Assembly (NCBI GenBank): GCA_963754945.1
Contig: CAVWIG010000052.1
Coordinates: forward strand, 1-28,677
Direction: 5' to 3'
DNA from: Methanotrichaceae archaeon
GTDB taxonomy: Archaea > Halobacteriota > Methanosarcinia > Methanotrichales > Methanotrichaceae
Length of the DNA stretch: 28,677 nt
Both the position numbers and the translations under genes were made by a program. This document shows positions 1 to 8,284 of this stretch, one piece after another. Position 1 is the first letter of the stretch; each line of letters opens with the position of its first letter. Under the pieces are notes generated by a model that did not search any database, had not been told where the DNA came from, and was given only the letters and a program-made list of their open reading frames with translations.

Positions 1-1402
1 TTAGCTCCCCTAGATAATCAGATCAGCCAAGACCTGTTTGATCGGAAAAATTATATAATATCACATTGATACCTTTTCTGAAGGAGGATGCAAGACGAAA
101 CAACCATCAAGCAACTTCAAGACTCGATCGATGGATTAAAGGAAGAGAATAGTTCAGGCTCGCATAAAGGAACTCGAGGCCCGATTAGCCAATATGAGAA
201 TGCTCATACCCCGCCAAACTTAAGACTGGCAGGAATCGTAAAAAAGAACAGAATGGAGGAGAGAGGGGAAAACCTGACAAAAAATCGGGCATAAAGGCAT
301 AACAAGACCGAATGCCAAGCCCGATAAACAAGTGGAAGTCACATAAGATCGATGTCCAGATTGCGGAACAAAGCTAGGTAATCCAATCAGAATAGAGTCA
401 AAGATCATCGAGGAAACTCCTGAGTCACAGCCTATCATCGTCATCGAATACAAAATTGCGCATTACAGATGTCCATGCTGTCATAGAGAGTCGCTGCAAA
501 CGATGCAAATTCGCCAAATAAAGGCATATTCGGAAACAACACAATCCCACAGACGACACGACAAAAATATCAGGATAGGCTGCCCTCTTAGGAAGATCCA
601 AAACGCACATAAGCGACTATATCGGCTGAACATGAGTCCTGCTACAATCCTCGATTGACTCGTCGTGCCGCAGATGCGGTTCAATCGGGAGACGAAGCAG
701 TTCTGACCAGGATTCGTGCTGCACAGACTCTGTATATTGATGAAACGTCAATCGATGTCCAGGGAGAGATGCATTGGATCTGGGCATTCACTACACCATC
801 TGAAACTTTTGTCGTGATTCGGAAGGTCGAGGTATGAAAGTCTTGATGGAGGTTTCAACGAGGAGGTTCACGGGCATAATCGTATGTGACGGCTGGAAAC
901 CGTATGCCAGATTCACAAAACACTTACAGCGATGCTGGGCACATCTGCTTCGAGAATCGTTGGATCTCGCCGAGAAGATTGAGGAAGCGGTTCCTTTGCA
1001 TAAGGCCCTCAAGGAACTCTACGAAGAACTGAACGACGCGCTTGAAAACGATCCTCCGCCAGAAGTTCGAAGGGAACTATGGCACATGGCACGAGCAACG
1101 CTCCAACAATGGATCATGAAAGAATACGTCAGTGAGAAAGTCAGAAAGCTCATTGGCAAGATTAGTAACGGCTTCGAGTACTGGTTCACGTTTGTCATTC
1201 ATCCCGGTATAGAGCCGACCAACAATAGAGCCGAAAGGGCACTACGCGAGCATGTCGTCTTGAGGAAGATCTTGGGCACGTTGCGCAATGACAAAGGGAC
1301 TTCGATTCATGAACGTATCATGACAATGCTGGCGACATGGGGGCAAATGGGACTCGATAGTCTCCAGATGTTGAGAGCAAGCCTGTCCACCTAAACACAT
1401 AC
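1..1402 (+). mobile_element. IS66-family insertion sequence (single-ORF, ISBst12-like), left end cut by the window start
   Basis: Transposase fragments at 88-1394. The right end CTAAACACATAC (1391-1402) reads GTATGTGTTTAG on the minus strand, an IS66-type GTA... terminus. The window starts with TTAG, compatible with the tail of the matching left repeat. The element abuts a truncated gvpL/F gene. Confidence 0.8.
88..1394 (+). pseudogene. IS66 transposase, frameshifted and with an internal stop
   Basis: GGAGG RBS before ATG 88. Pieces in different frames give YENAHTPP, GHKGITRP, the zinc finger CPDCG...CPCC, YIDET, VCDGWKPY, QRCWAHLLR and IEPTNNRAERALR. There are several frameshifts in the 5' half and an in-frame TAA near 344. 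Confidence 0.9.
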
Positions 1403-2220
1403 ATGTATGCAAGTCCCGGCGGCTTCGACACGATCTCCTCCTTCATCCTTTTCACCTCTTCGCTTTCTTTTTCAATTTTCTCGCCGAACGCCGAAGGATT
1501 ATAAAATATCTGGATTCCATACTCCTTTTTACCCTTTATTTTATCCATTTTCCTCAGTATTTCCTCATGCTCATCCGATAACCATCTCATCAATGCATCC
1601 TTTGCAGTTGCATTATCTTTGGGCGATATTATTGTATCAAAGCTGAAGGGCATTATGTTGCCAAATCTTTCTGCAGCAACATCCATGACCCTTTGATGCA
1701 CTTTAACCCATATCTTCACAGTTTCATCGTCATTGCTTTTGTAAGGCTCCAATGGAGAATTATGAACTATTGCGGATATCCCATCATATGGAATTGTATA
1801 TACCTCACATTCGTCAATCCCTATTTTTCCCAACCTCGCAGATACGCTTGTATCAATCAATCCGTAAATGTATAAGCCTTGATCATAACCGGCATCTGAT
1901 GCCTCCTCAACCTCTTCCGCCGTTGCCTTTTGAGGAGGTAACTCTCCTGAAGAAACTGCTGTCTCAATCTCCTCTTTGCTTCTCCTCTCAAATATGGCAT
2001 GCTCATCAGACGCTGCACATCCTTCAGAAGCAGATTGTCCGCCTGATGCAGCACAACCCAGCTCTTTTGCTATCGATTCTCTTATTGCGGCCCTAAGTCC
2101 TGGTATGAGTTCTGCGCTTACAATCTCTGCTATTATATTCTTTGTCTCCTGCGCGATCACCTTAATCTCTTCTCTCACTATCCTTGCAATTAGCTCTCTA
2201 AACTCATCTTTCTCGATCAT
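1403..2220 (-). pseudogene. gvpL: GvpL/GvpF family gas vesicle protein, 3'-truncated by IS66
   Basis: GLYIYG, VHQRVMD, IMPFSFDTI and GKKEYGIQIFY motifs. The protein stops resembling GvpL after PPGLAYM, at the IS terminus, and lacks the C-terminal GPWPPY-type motif. ATG 2220 overlaps the gvpK stop (ATGA). Confidence 0.85.
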
Positions 2221-2537
2221 TTTTTCCCCTCTACCTCGTCCCTCCATCTCTCCGGATTTATTATCCTGTCAAGCACGTCATCGACAACCTCGTCCAGCCC
2301 ATTGCGAACACCCTTTACAGATTCCGTTATCCCTTGCTCCTCTTTTATCTCTTCTATAGCAATACCGAGTTCCATAAGAGCTTCACCAAGCCGGTTCATC
2401 TCTTCTTCGTTTAGAATTCCGGATTCCATACGTTTAAAGGCCTGTATTCGAAGGGCATCCCTTATCACCTCGACAAGTGCCATAACGAGCCCAAGGACGC
2501 CATGCTTCAGGTTATCCTCATCGATATCGATCACCAT
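2217..2537 (-). CDS. gvpK: Gas vesicle protein GvpK
   Basis: GVLGLVMALVEVIRDALRIQAFKRMESG.L.EEEMNRLGEALMEL matches the GvpK pattern; operon context agrees. Confidence 0.9.
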   Translation of the reverse strand: MVIDIDEDNLKHGVLGLVMALVEVIRDALRIQAFKRMESGILNEEEMNRLGEALMELGIAIEEIKEEQGITESVKGVRNGLDEVVDDVLDRIINPERWRDEVEGKK

Positions 2538-2559
2538 GCTTCAACACACGTCCAAACAA

Positions 2560-3249
2560 TTATTTTTTGATGGCAACCTCTAATACGCCATTTTTGAATC
2601 TGGCTGACACATCAATCTGATCTGGAAGCTTCACGTCCGGCAAACCTGCAATTATGAGGATCCTCTCCCCCTCATGGAACAACTCCACGTTATTGCTTAA
2701 CACAGGCCTTTCATCTGCTATCCACCAGGAGAAACAGACCTTTTTGCCGCTCACTATATCCATCTTAGATTGTTCAAATTTCACTATCGTATGGCCCAGT
2801 ATCCTCCTTGACTCAGGTATTATAACCTCTTCTAGCCTGCTCAGCACCTCATAGTGAGAGGCACAAACGGCTTCGCTCAGCTCCACTATGTTCGCGTGCC
2901 TTCTTTGATAAAGGTGCCAGAGGATTGCTTTGCTTTTATCGTCCCACCCCTCCATCAGGTCTTTTTGCCTCGGTGCTGATATGCCGAGCCCCCTAAGGAC
3001 ATAGCCGAACTCAGCGTAGCCCCTCCATATCAGATTTCTCAGCTCTTCATTCCCAGAATAAATCGAGAGCAGCTCGGAGAAAGTCTCATCAGATCCTTGT
3101 TTCAATTCCGAGATTTTGAAACCCATCCGCTCCTCGAGCTCACTCTCTCCATAGCAGCTCGTCAGCAGGTCTATGATCTTCTCTTTTAAATCTTTACACA
3201 TATATTTAGATAAATTGTTCATAAATTTATTATTTTTTATTGCATCCAC
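2560..3249 (-). CDS. Winged-HTH protein with a short Hsp20/GvpH-like C-terminus
   Basis: Central DKSKAILWHLYQRRHANIVELSEAV...EVLSRL resembles a wHTH. The C-terminus ILIIAGLP...ARFKNGVLEVAIKK carries alpha-crystallin motifs. Lies within the gvp operon. Confidence 0.65.
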   Translation of the reverse strand: MDAIKNNKFMNNLSKYMCKDLKEKIIDLLTSCYGESELEERMGFKISELKQGSDETFSELLSIYSGNEELRNLIWRGYAEFGYVLRGLGISAPRQKDLMEGWDDKSKAILWHLYQRRHANIVELSEAVCASHYEVLSRLEEVIIPESRRILGHTIVKFEQSKMDIVSGKKVCFSWWIADERPVLSNNVELFHEGERILIIAGLPDVKLPDQIDVSARFKNGVLEVAIKK

Positions 3250-3601
3250 AAATATAGCAGCCCCTCACCCTGAACTCTTCCGTTATCAGGGAAGCGCCGC
3301 AGATCGGGCATCTCGTCTTGTAGCCTTCACATCCTTTGTCCAAGCCCATCGAGATGCTGAAGCACCTCCTGGCCTTTGCCAATTCCACCTCTTCTGCGCC
3401 ACCCTTCCACCCACAGATGAAGCAACTGCTCTCGAGAAGATTGCTCTTAAGTTGCCTTTTTCCACAAGAGGGACAGACAGCATGGTAATTGCTTTTATCC
3501 AGGCGCTCCTTTTCTCCTTCGGCATAATCCAATATCTTATCGCCAATTCCAAGCGTCGGGTCAATCCCCAAGAAGTTGAAGCCTCTATTTTTCTTCTCCA
3601 A
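3230..3601 (-). CDS. Hypothetical double zinc-ribbon protein
   Basis: Two CPxCG...CxxCG modules; TTG start; overlaps the downstream gene as in an operon. Confidence 0.75.
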   Translation of the reverse strand: MEKKNRGFNFLGIDPTLGIGDKILDYAEGEKERLDKSNYHAVCPSCGKRQLKSNLLESSCFICGWKGGAEEVELAKARRCFSISMGLDKGCEGYKTRCPICGASLITEEFRVRGCYICGCNKK

Positions 3602-3729
3602 TATCTCACTACCCTATTTATCGCAATTAGTTCCATTGCCCGCTACTCAACTAAAGCGATCCTTGCTCCATCTAAAGGCGGTAAAGCTGCTTGATTCGCC
3701 GAGCTTTCCTGAAAATTTCCGATGGACGT

Positions 3730-4809
3730 TCACGCAACAAGCTTTCTCACTCTTGGACTGATCCATCCACATGCCACGCAACCTTTGGTTAGCAGCTCCT
3801 GGACAGGCGCTTCAGTTCCGCATGATGGACATGTCTCGGTCTCTTCGCCTTCAATCGCCTTTGATCCTAACACCTCAACTATTTTTTCCATCGAATCGAC
3901 GTCACCCGAAAAGCATGCATCTCCTCCTCCATGAGAGATAATGATAGCAGGCCTTGTACTTGCTAAGCCTCCAAGGTCCTTTGTCTCAATGCCCACAGCC
4001 CCTATATCTCCCAGAGATAAATCAAAAGCAATACGCTCATCAAAGTCATGCCACCAGCATACTCTCTCAGATGTGATATACAGCCTGCCAGCCTTCCACG
4101 TCCCTCTGGATATGCCACTTGGTGCAGAAGTCTCCAGAAGATGCCACATCTTCTCGCAATGTACGAGCCCCTCGCCTTTCTTTAAGAATTCGTCCGCATT
4201 TCCGTCCATCACTGGAGTAGACATTTCCTTGCAGGAAAATCCAAGCCAGTTCATCTCATCAACGACAGCATCTTTTACGGCATAGGCATCTGTGGGATGG
4301 AACCTTGCGATGGCACCATTTTTGAGCATGATACATAGATAATCGGTCTCCTTCTTTGCGATGTTCACCTTTCTCTCCATCGCGTAGCCCATTATATCTT
4401 CGTAATATGCTGTGAATAAAATTTCTGCCGGTTCCTTTCTGTATGAAAATATGCGCCCGTTCGTGACATAGATATACCCTGGCCTCCAGCTATGGTATAT
4501 TCCATTGGAGTACCAATGAGTTCCGAAGGTCCTCAAGAGTATCTCCTCGCCTTCCTCCAAGGGCAGCTTGTCAAGCTCCTTTCTTCTTCGCTCTTCTGTT
4601 GCCCATGCCCTTTGGGCTGCATCCCAATCCTCCCATATGCCATACTTGAGCATGGTATCCATTCCAGCGAGGGCTGCTTTGAGATTCAAGCCAAGCAGAG
4701 GTATCCCTGCGACTGAGATGAGCACATCTGCATTTAGCACAAGCCCTTTATCCAGTACCCTATCCAAGAGGTCTACAAGTCCGGCATTTGTGTTCCTTTT
4801 AGGTTCCAT
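3730..4809 (-). CDS. GvpA/J/M-family domain fused to two GRAM/PH-like domains and a zinc ribbon
   Basis: N-terminal LVDLLDRVLDKGLVLNADVLISVAGIPLLGL...YG is the GvpA/J core. It is followed by two repeats with GYIYVTNGR and GRLYITSER, then CPSCG...CVACGW. Confidence 0.85.
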   Translation of the reverse strand: MEPKRNTNAGLVDLLDRVLDKGLVLNADVLISVAGIPLLGLNLKAALAGMDTMLKYGIWEDWDAAQRAWATEERRRKELDKLPLEEGEEILLRTFGTHWYSNGIYHSWRPGYIYVTNGRIFSYRKEPAEILFTAYYEDIMGYAMERKVNIAKKETDYLCIMLKNGAIARFHPTDAYAVKDAVVDEMNWLGFSCKEMSTPVMDGNADEFLKKGEGLVHCEKMWHLLETSAPSGISRGTWKAGRLYITSERVCWWHDFDERIAFDLSLGDIGAVGIETKDLGGLASTRPAIIISHGGGDACFSGDVDSMEKIVEVLGSKAIEGEETETCPSCGTEAPVQELLTKGCVACGWISPRVRKLVA

Positions 4810-5185
4810 AGTTATTCTTTATAACCATAGGCATCTCATCAGCTCGCTCCCTCTTCCTTGCCAATGCACTAGTCCACCCACACCACGGGCAGCACTCGTT
4901 CATCAGCTCTTCTGCCGGCACTTTTTTGCCACACTGCGGACATTCCTCCTTTGCAATCATCGTCTCTTTCCACGCAGCAGTTTTATAATTGGTCCCAGAC
5001 GGGAACTCTAGGCCGTATTTTGCAGCGGTTTCAAAGGATGCAAGCGCTGCTCTAACCTTGATGCCCAGCAGCTCAACTCCTGCAACCGAAACAGTAATAT
5101 CTGCATTGATCACCAGTCCCTTGTCTAATATTCTGTCTATTGCACCAGCCAGCCCGTTGTCTGAATCTTTCTCAAGCTGTACCAT
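4799..5185 (-). CDS. gvpJ: Gas vesicle protein GvpJ (GvpA/J family) with C-terminal zinc ribbon
   Basis: IDRILDKGLVINADITVSVAGVELLGIKVRAALASFETAAKYGLEFPSGT is the GvpJ signature; CPQCG...CPWCGW tail; GGAGG RBS. Confidence 0.88.
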   Translation of the reverse strand: MVQLEKDSDNGLAGAIDRILDKGLVINADITVSVAGVELLGIKVRAALASFETAAKYGLEFPSGTNYKTAAWKETMIAKEECPQCGKKVPAEELMNECCPWCGWTSALARKRERADEMPMVIKNNYGT

Positions 5186-5391
5186 TCATATTTCCTCCGC
5201 TAACCATCTTCTCGGGTACGTCTCTGGTCCACCTGAAAGGCTTGTTCCTCGGGGAGTCCTATTCTGACAACACCACTTACAGGCAGCCCCGGAAAACATG
5301 CCTTTCCCGAGCCTGGAAGGGCCACTCCTTACCTCTCCATACCCTCCTTCCGGAATCTGCAAGAGCTTGGTTATCTATCCGATTCGACCAT
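5186..5391 (-). pseudogene. Possible small (~68 aa) frameshifted gene between gvpG and gvpJ
   Basis: ATG lies 2 nt after the gvpG stop and a TGA abuts the gvpJ ATG. The span is 206 nt, one base short of an intact ORF. Confidence 0.35.
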
Positions 5392-5393
5392 TC

Positions 5394-5645
5394 CTATCTT
5401 AAGACCTCCTCTGCCACCTTGAGATTATGCATCAGCTCTGCATTCGTTCGCTCGTAATCCTCACGCTCCAACTCTCCGAATTCGTAGAGCAGCCTGTTCT
5501 CCTTGATCTGGCTCTTGATTTTTTCGGGATTATACATCTCCTTATTAGCTTGCTTCTGTATTTGCTCTATGGTTCCGATCATGTCCAGCCCAGGGGGCAT
5601 TGATATCCCAAGAGACCTGAGCATGAGATCGTCTATTAGGAACAT
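5394..5645 (-). CDS. gvpG: Gas vesicle protein GvpG
   Basis: MFLIDDL...KEMYNPEKIKSQIKENRLLYEFGELEREDYE fits GvpG; strong AGGAGGTG RBS. Confidence 0.88.
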   Translation of the reverse strand: MFLIDDLMLRSLGISMPPGLDMIGTIEQIQKQANKEMYNPEKIKSQIKENRLLYEFGELEREDYERTNAELMHNLKVAEEVLR

Positions 5646-6071
5646 CCAACTTCACCTCCTGCTCTTTCTAGGATGCTGATGTCTGTGTCTCTGCGAGCCT
5701 GCCAGGATCATATTTGAATGGCCCAACTACCCAATTCACATGGACTGATAAAGCAATTTGACGCCTGTACAAACTCTTTAATAATTCTCATTATCTCTTG
5801 GATATATAGATATGCAAGTTTCGAAAAAAAGAATGGAAATTCTAACAAAAATGCTTGATATCAGCTAAATGTTTCTCTGTATTTCCTAAAAGCATAAACT
5901 ATACTCCACAGCCGCCCAGTTTGATGGTTTAGTGATCATTCAGGTTAAGTCCATCACAATAAGCTATCTTTTGAACCTACCCAAAACCCTCCTCAGCCTA
6001 GGTGGAATCTCTGGATGGCCGGGAACGCCGATCATCTGCACAATTACATATATATATTTCATAACATCTCC

Positions 6072-6101
6072 TATATCATCAAGATATATATCATCAAGAT
6101 A
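6072..6101. repeat. Perfect 15-bp tandem duplication (TATATCATCAAGATA x2)
   Basis: Directly visible at 6072-6086 and 6087-6101. Confidence 0.9.
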
Positions 6102-6154
6102 TGATTCCATGCAGATGTTCTTAAACAGCAGGCTAGAACTCTTCCGGCAGTAAA

Positions 6155-6374
6155 TCTTAGGGTCTCTATGAGACCCAAGAGTAGGTTGGAAACATCCCGA
6201 ATCTGCCTGATGTGATTCGAACCTATGTATTGTGGCAACACAATGTAAGTTTAGGCAAATGGAGCAGGGACCGGAAATTCCGCGAAACGCAACTCCCGAG
6301 CAGAGGCTTTAAGGACGCAAAAAATATGAAGTACGAGTCGGATGCCTCGCCATTTAAGGCGCTGAGGAGTTCAC
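6155..6374 (+). mobile_element. IS200/IS605 (tnpB-type) right-end relic, omegaRNA-like, with no transposase
   Basis: Terminal GATGCCTCGCCATTTAAGGCGCTGAGGAGTTCAC is a subterminal hairpin followed by a TCAC end. It is preceded by stems at 6155-6180 and 6181-6206 and a GCAA-tetraloop hairpin at 6226-6247. The left boundary is uncertain. Confidence 0.65.
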
Positions 6375-6389
6375 TCATGACAACCAATC

Positions 6390-6890
6390 TTGAAAGGGGA
6401 TACTGCACTGAGCAATGAAGTCGAGCTGGATGAGATCGATGCAAAGATTATAAAGGCGCTGCTAAAGGATGCGCGCACAAGTCTGAAAGACATTGCTGAG
6501 GATTGTGGCCTATCATCCAATGCGATACATAAGCGAATTCATAATTTGAAATCGCGCGGAGTAATCGCAGGAGCAACGACGCTATTCAATCCGCGAATAT
6601 TAGGTGATAGATTTACAGTCTGTATGGAAATCACCGTCGATAACACCAAGAAGAATGATATCGTCGAGTTTGTCCGACAGCATCCGGATGTTTTAATGTG
6701 CATCGAAGGTATTGGGGTTTGCGACATATTCGCCATTATGACAGTTTCGAGCGTTAATGAACTAGACCGCGCAAAAGAGACAATAAGGAGGCAGTCGGGG
6801 GTAAGAAAGGTGGCAACTATCATCATGATCGATGATATTCAATTCCTTTTTGAAAACCTTGACCTCTCAGGAGATAATAGAATTGAATGA
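6390..6890 (+). CDS. Lrp/AsnC family transcriptional regulator
   Basis: LDEIDAKIIKALLKDARTSLKDIAEDCGLSSNAIHKRIHNLKSRGVI HTH plus a RAM domain (IGVCDIFA). Start codon uncertain. Confidence 0.93.
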   Translation: MKGDTALSNEVELDEIDAKIIKALLKDARTSLKDIAEDCGLSSNAIHKRIHNLKSRGVIAGATTLFNPRILGDRFTVCMEITVDNTKKNDIVEFVRQHPDVLMCIEGIGVCDIFAIMTVSSVNELDRAKETIRRQSGVRKVATIIMIDDIQFLFENLDLSGDNRIE

Positions 6891-7368
6891 AATCGATCGC
6901 ATTATAATGCATGAGCTGATTAATGATGCTCAAATCCCCTTCAGAAGAATCGCATTAAAGATTGGCATCTCCCCAGAGACAGTCCGGAAAAGATACGAGA
7001 AAATGAAAACTGAGGGGATGATCAATCAATCGATGATATCCGTCAATCTAGAGAAGATCGGGTACAGTGGTCTCACTTTTTTAATGATCGCCAGCAAAGA
7101 CATAGCCGGAACCATCGCCCATCTAAAGAAAATGCGGAACATAATATGTGTAGCCAAGACGACTGGTGATTCCGATATCCTAGTTATGGCCGCATCAAAA
7201 GATATTGCTGACCTTCTCAGTTTAGTTGAAAGAGTAAAGATGCTGCCGAATGTGGATAGAGTGGAGATTTTCTTGAGAACATTAGATGCGCCTTTTCCAG
7301 CAAGCATGATAACCCCTGGAATGGCGTTCCTTCTGAGGAAAAAGGATGTGAAGGGCGTCTTAGGCTAA
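6883..7368 (+). CDS. Lrp/AsnC family transcriptional regulator
   Basis: NEIDRIIMHELINDAQIPFRRIALKIGISPETVRKRYEKMKTEG and TTGDSDILV. TTG 6883 follows GGAGA and overlaps the upstream stop. Confidence 0.92.
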   Translation: MNEIDRIIMHELINDAQIPFRRIALKIGISPETVRKRYEKMKTEGMINQSMISVNLEKIGYSGLTFLMIASKDIAGTIAHLKKMRNIICVAKTTGDSDILVMAASKDIADLLSLVERVKMLPNVDRVEIFLRTLDAPFPASMITPGMAFLLRKKDVKGVLG

Positions 7369-7652
7369 GTTTGATTTACAAACACAAGGGATTGTATCCT
7401 ACTTCTCCTTTGCCAGCTCGTGCACCTCCTTAGACTGCTACTTTATCAACTCTACCAGTAATATGAAAACTGCCTCATACAATGAATCATCCAACGCGTA
7501 CTTCGCCCTCTTGAAATATGCTAACGTCAATTACCTACACGCAAAAACGGCATAAGGACTGAACGATGCCAGGTATAAGGGGCCTTTCGCCATCCATCTG
7601 ATCTACCTCGCTTGATTAAGGAAACTTGACTTTTTAATTACATATTTATATT

Positions 7653-8201
7653 TTATCTATTGCATGATTCTACAAAATTCAATTTTTTGCTCTCTAAAAG
7701 CTCAATAAGCTCTTTCGTAGTATACTTGTTCATAAGCTCCAAGATTTTGTCCATCTCTTCATAAAATCGTCTCGTTTTAGCCAATATTGCGCTCATTTTC
7801 TCAGCTTCCTCACTGTGGCCCTCAAGATTTTTTTCGATTTGATTGAGTGCCTGTAAGACCAAATGAGTCTCATCCTTCGCGGCAGATAAGATCGCGGGCT
7901 TCATCTCTTCAGGGTCAGTCACCAAAACATAGCGATGCAGCTTATAGCGATGCTCTTTACCTACCTGACCCACTACGCGAATGGCCATGCCGAGGTTTTC
8001 GAGGTAATTCATGTTAGACCGTACTGTGGTTTTGCTGTAGCCGGTCTTCTCGGCCAGCATATCAAGGGACATGGGTTCGCTTTCCAGAAAGAGCGTCCCT
8101 CTGAGAATTCCCATTGCATCACTCCACCCATTTTTTTTGGCGGATTTGATGCAAGCATCGATAATTGGCCTCTTTAAGGCCAGTAATTCTTCATCGTTCA
8201 C
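7653..8201 (-). CDS. GbsR/MarR-like (COG1510) transcriptional regulator
   Basis: GILRGTLFLESEPMSLDMLAEKTGYSKTTVRSNMNYLENLG wHTH plus a helical C-terminus; divergent from the RND operon. Confidence 0.85.
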   Translation of the reverse strand: MNDEELLALKRPIIDACIKSAKKNGWSDAMGILRGTLFLESEPMSLDMLAEKTGYSKTTVRSNMNYLENLGMAIRVVGQVGKEHRYKLHRYVLVTDPEEMKPAILSAAKDETHLVLQALNQIEKNLEGHSEEAEKMSAILAKTRRFYEEMDKILELMNKYTTKELIELLESKKLNFVESCNR

Positions 8202-8216
8202 AATACTGACATCAAA

Positions 8217-8268
8217 CGCAAAGTTTAAGTATTTTGCGCTTATTTGGTTCGTTCGAAAAAATCCGAAT
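8217..8268. promoter_or_regulatory. Divergent promoter with candidate operators
   Basis: TTTAAGTA TATA-like box bracketed by the inverted repeat CGCAAA/TTTGCG (8217-8238), then TTCG-N8-CGAA (8252-8267). Confidence 0.45.
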
Positions 8269-8284
8269 TGAAGGTTTAATTCGC

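Noticed and set aside
6212-6444. Track ORFs 6212-6418 and 6223-6444
   Set aside because: Incidental frames across the IS605-like right end and the Lrp start.
7438-7530. Minus-strand 30-codon frame LTLAYFKRAKYALDDSLYEAVFILLVELIK, a possible gene remnant
   Set aside because: Too short to assign without a search, and there is no clear RBS.
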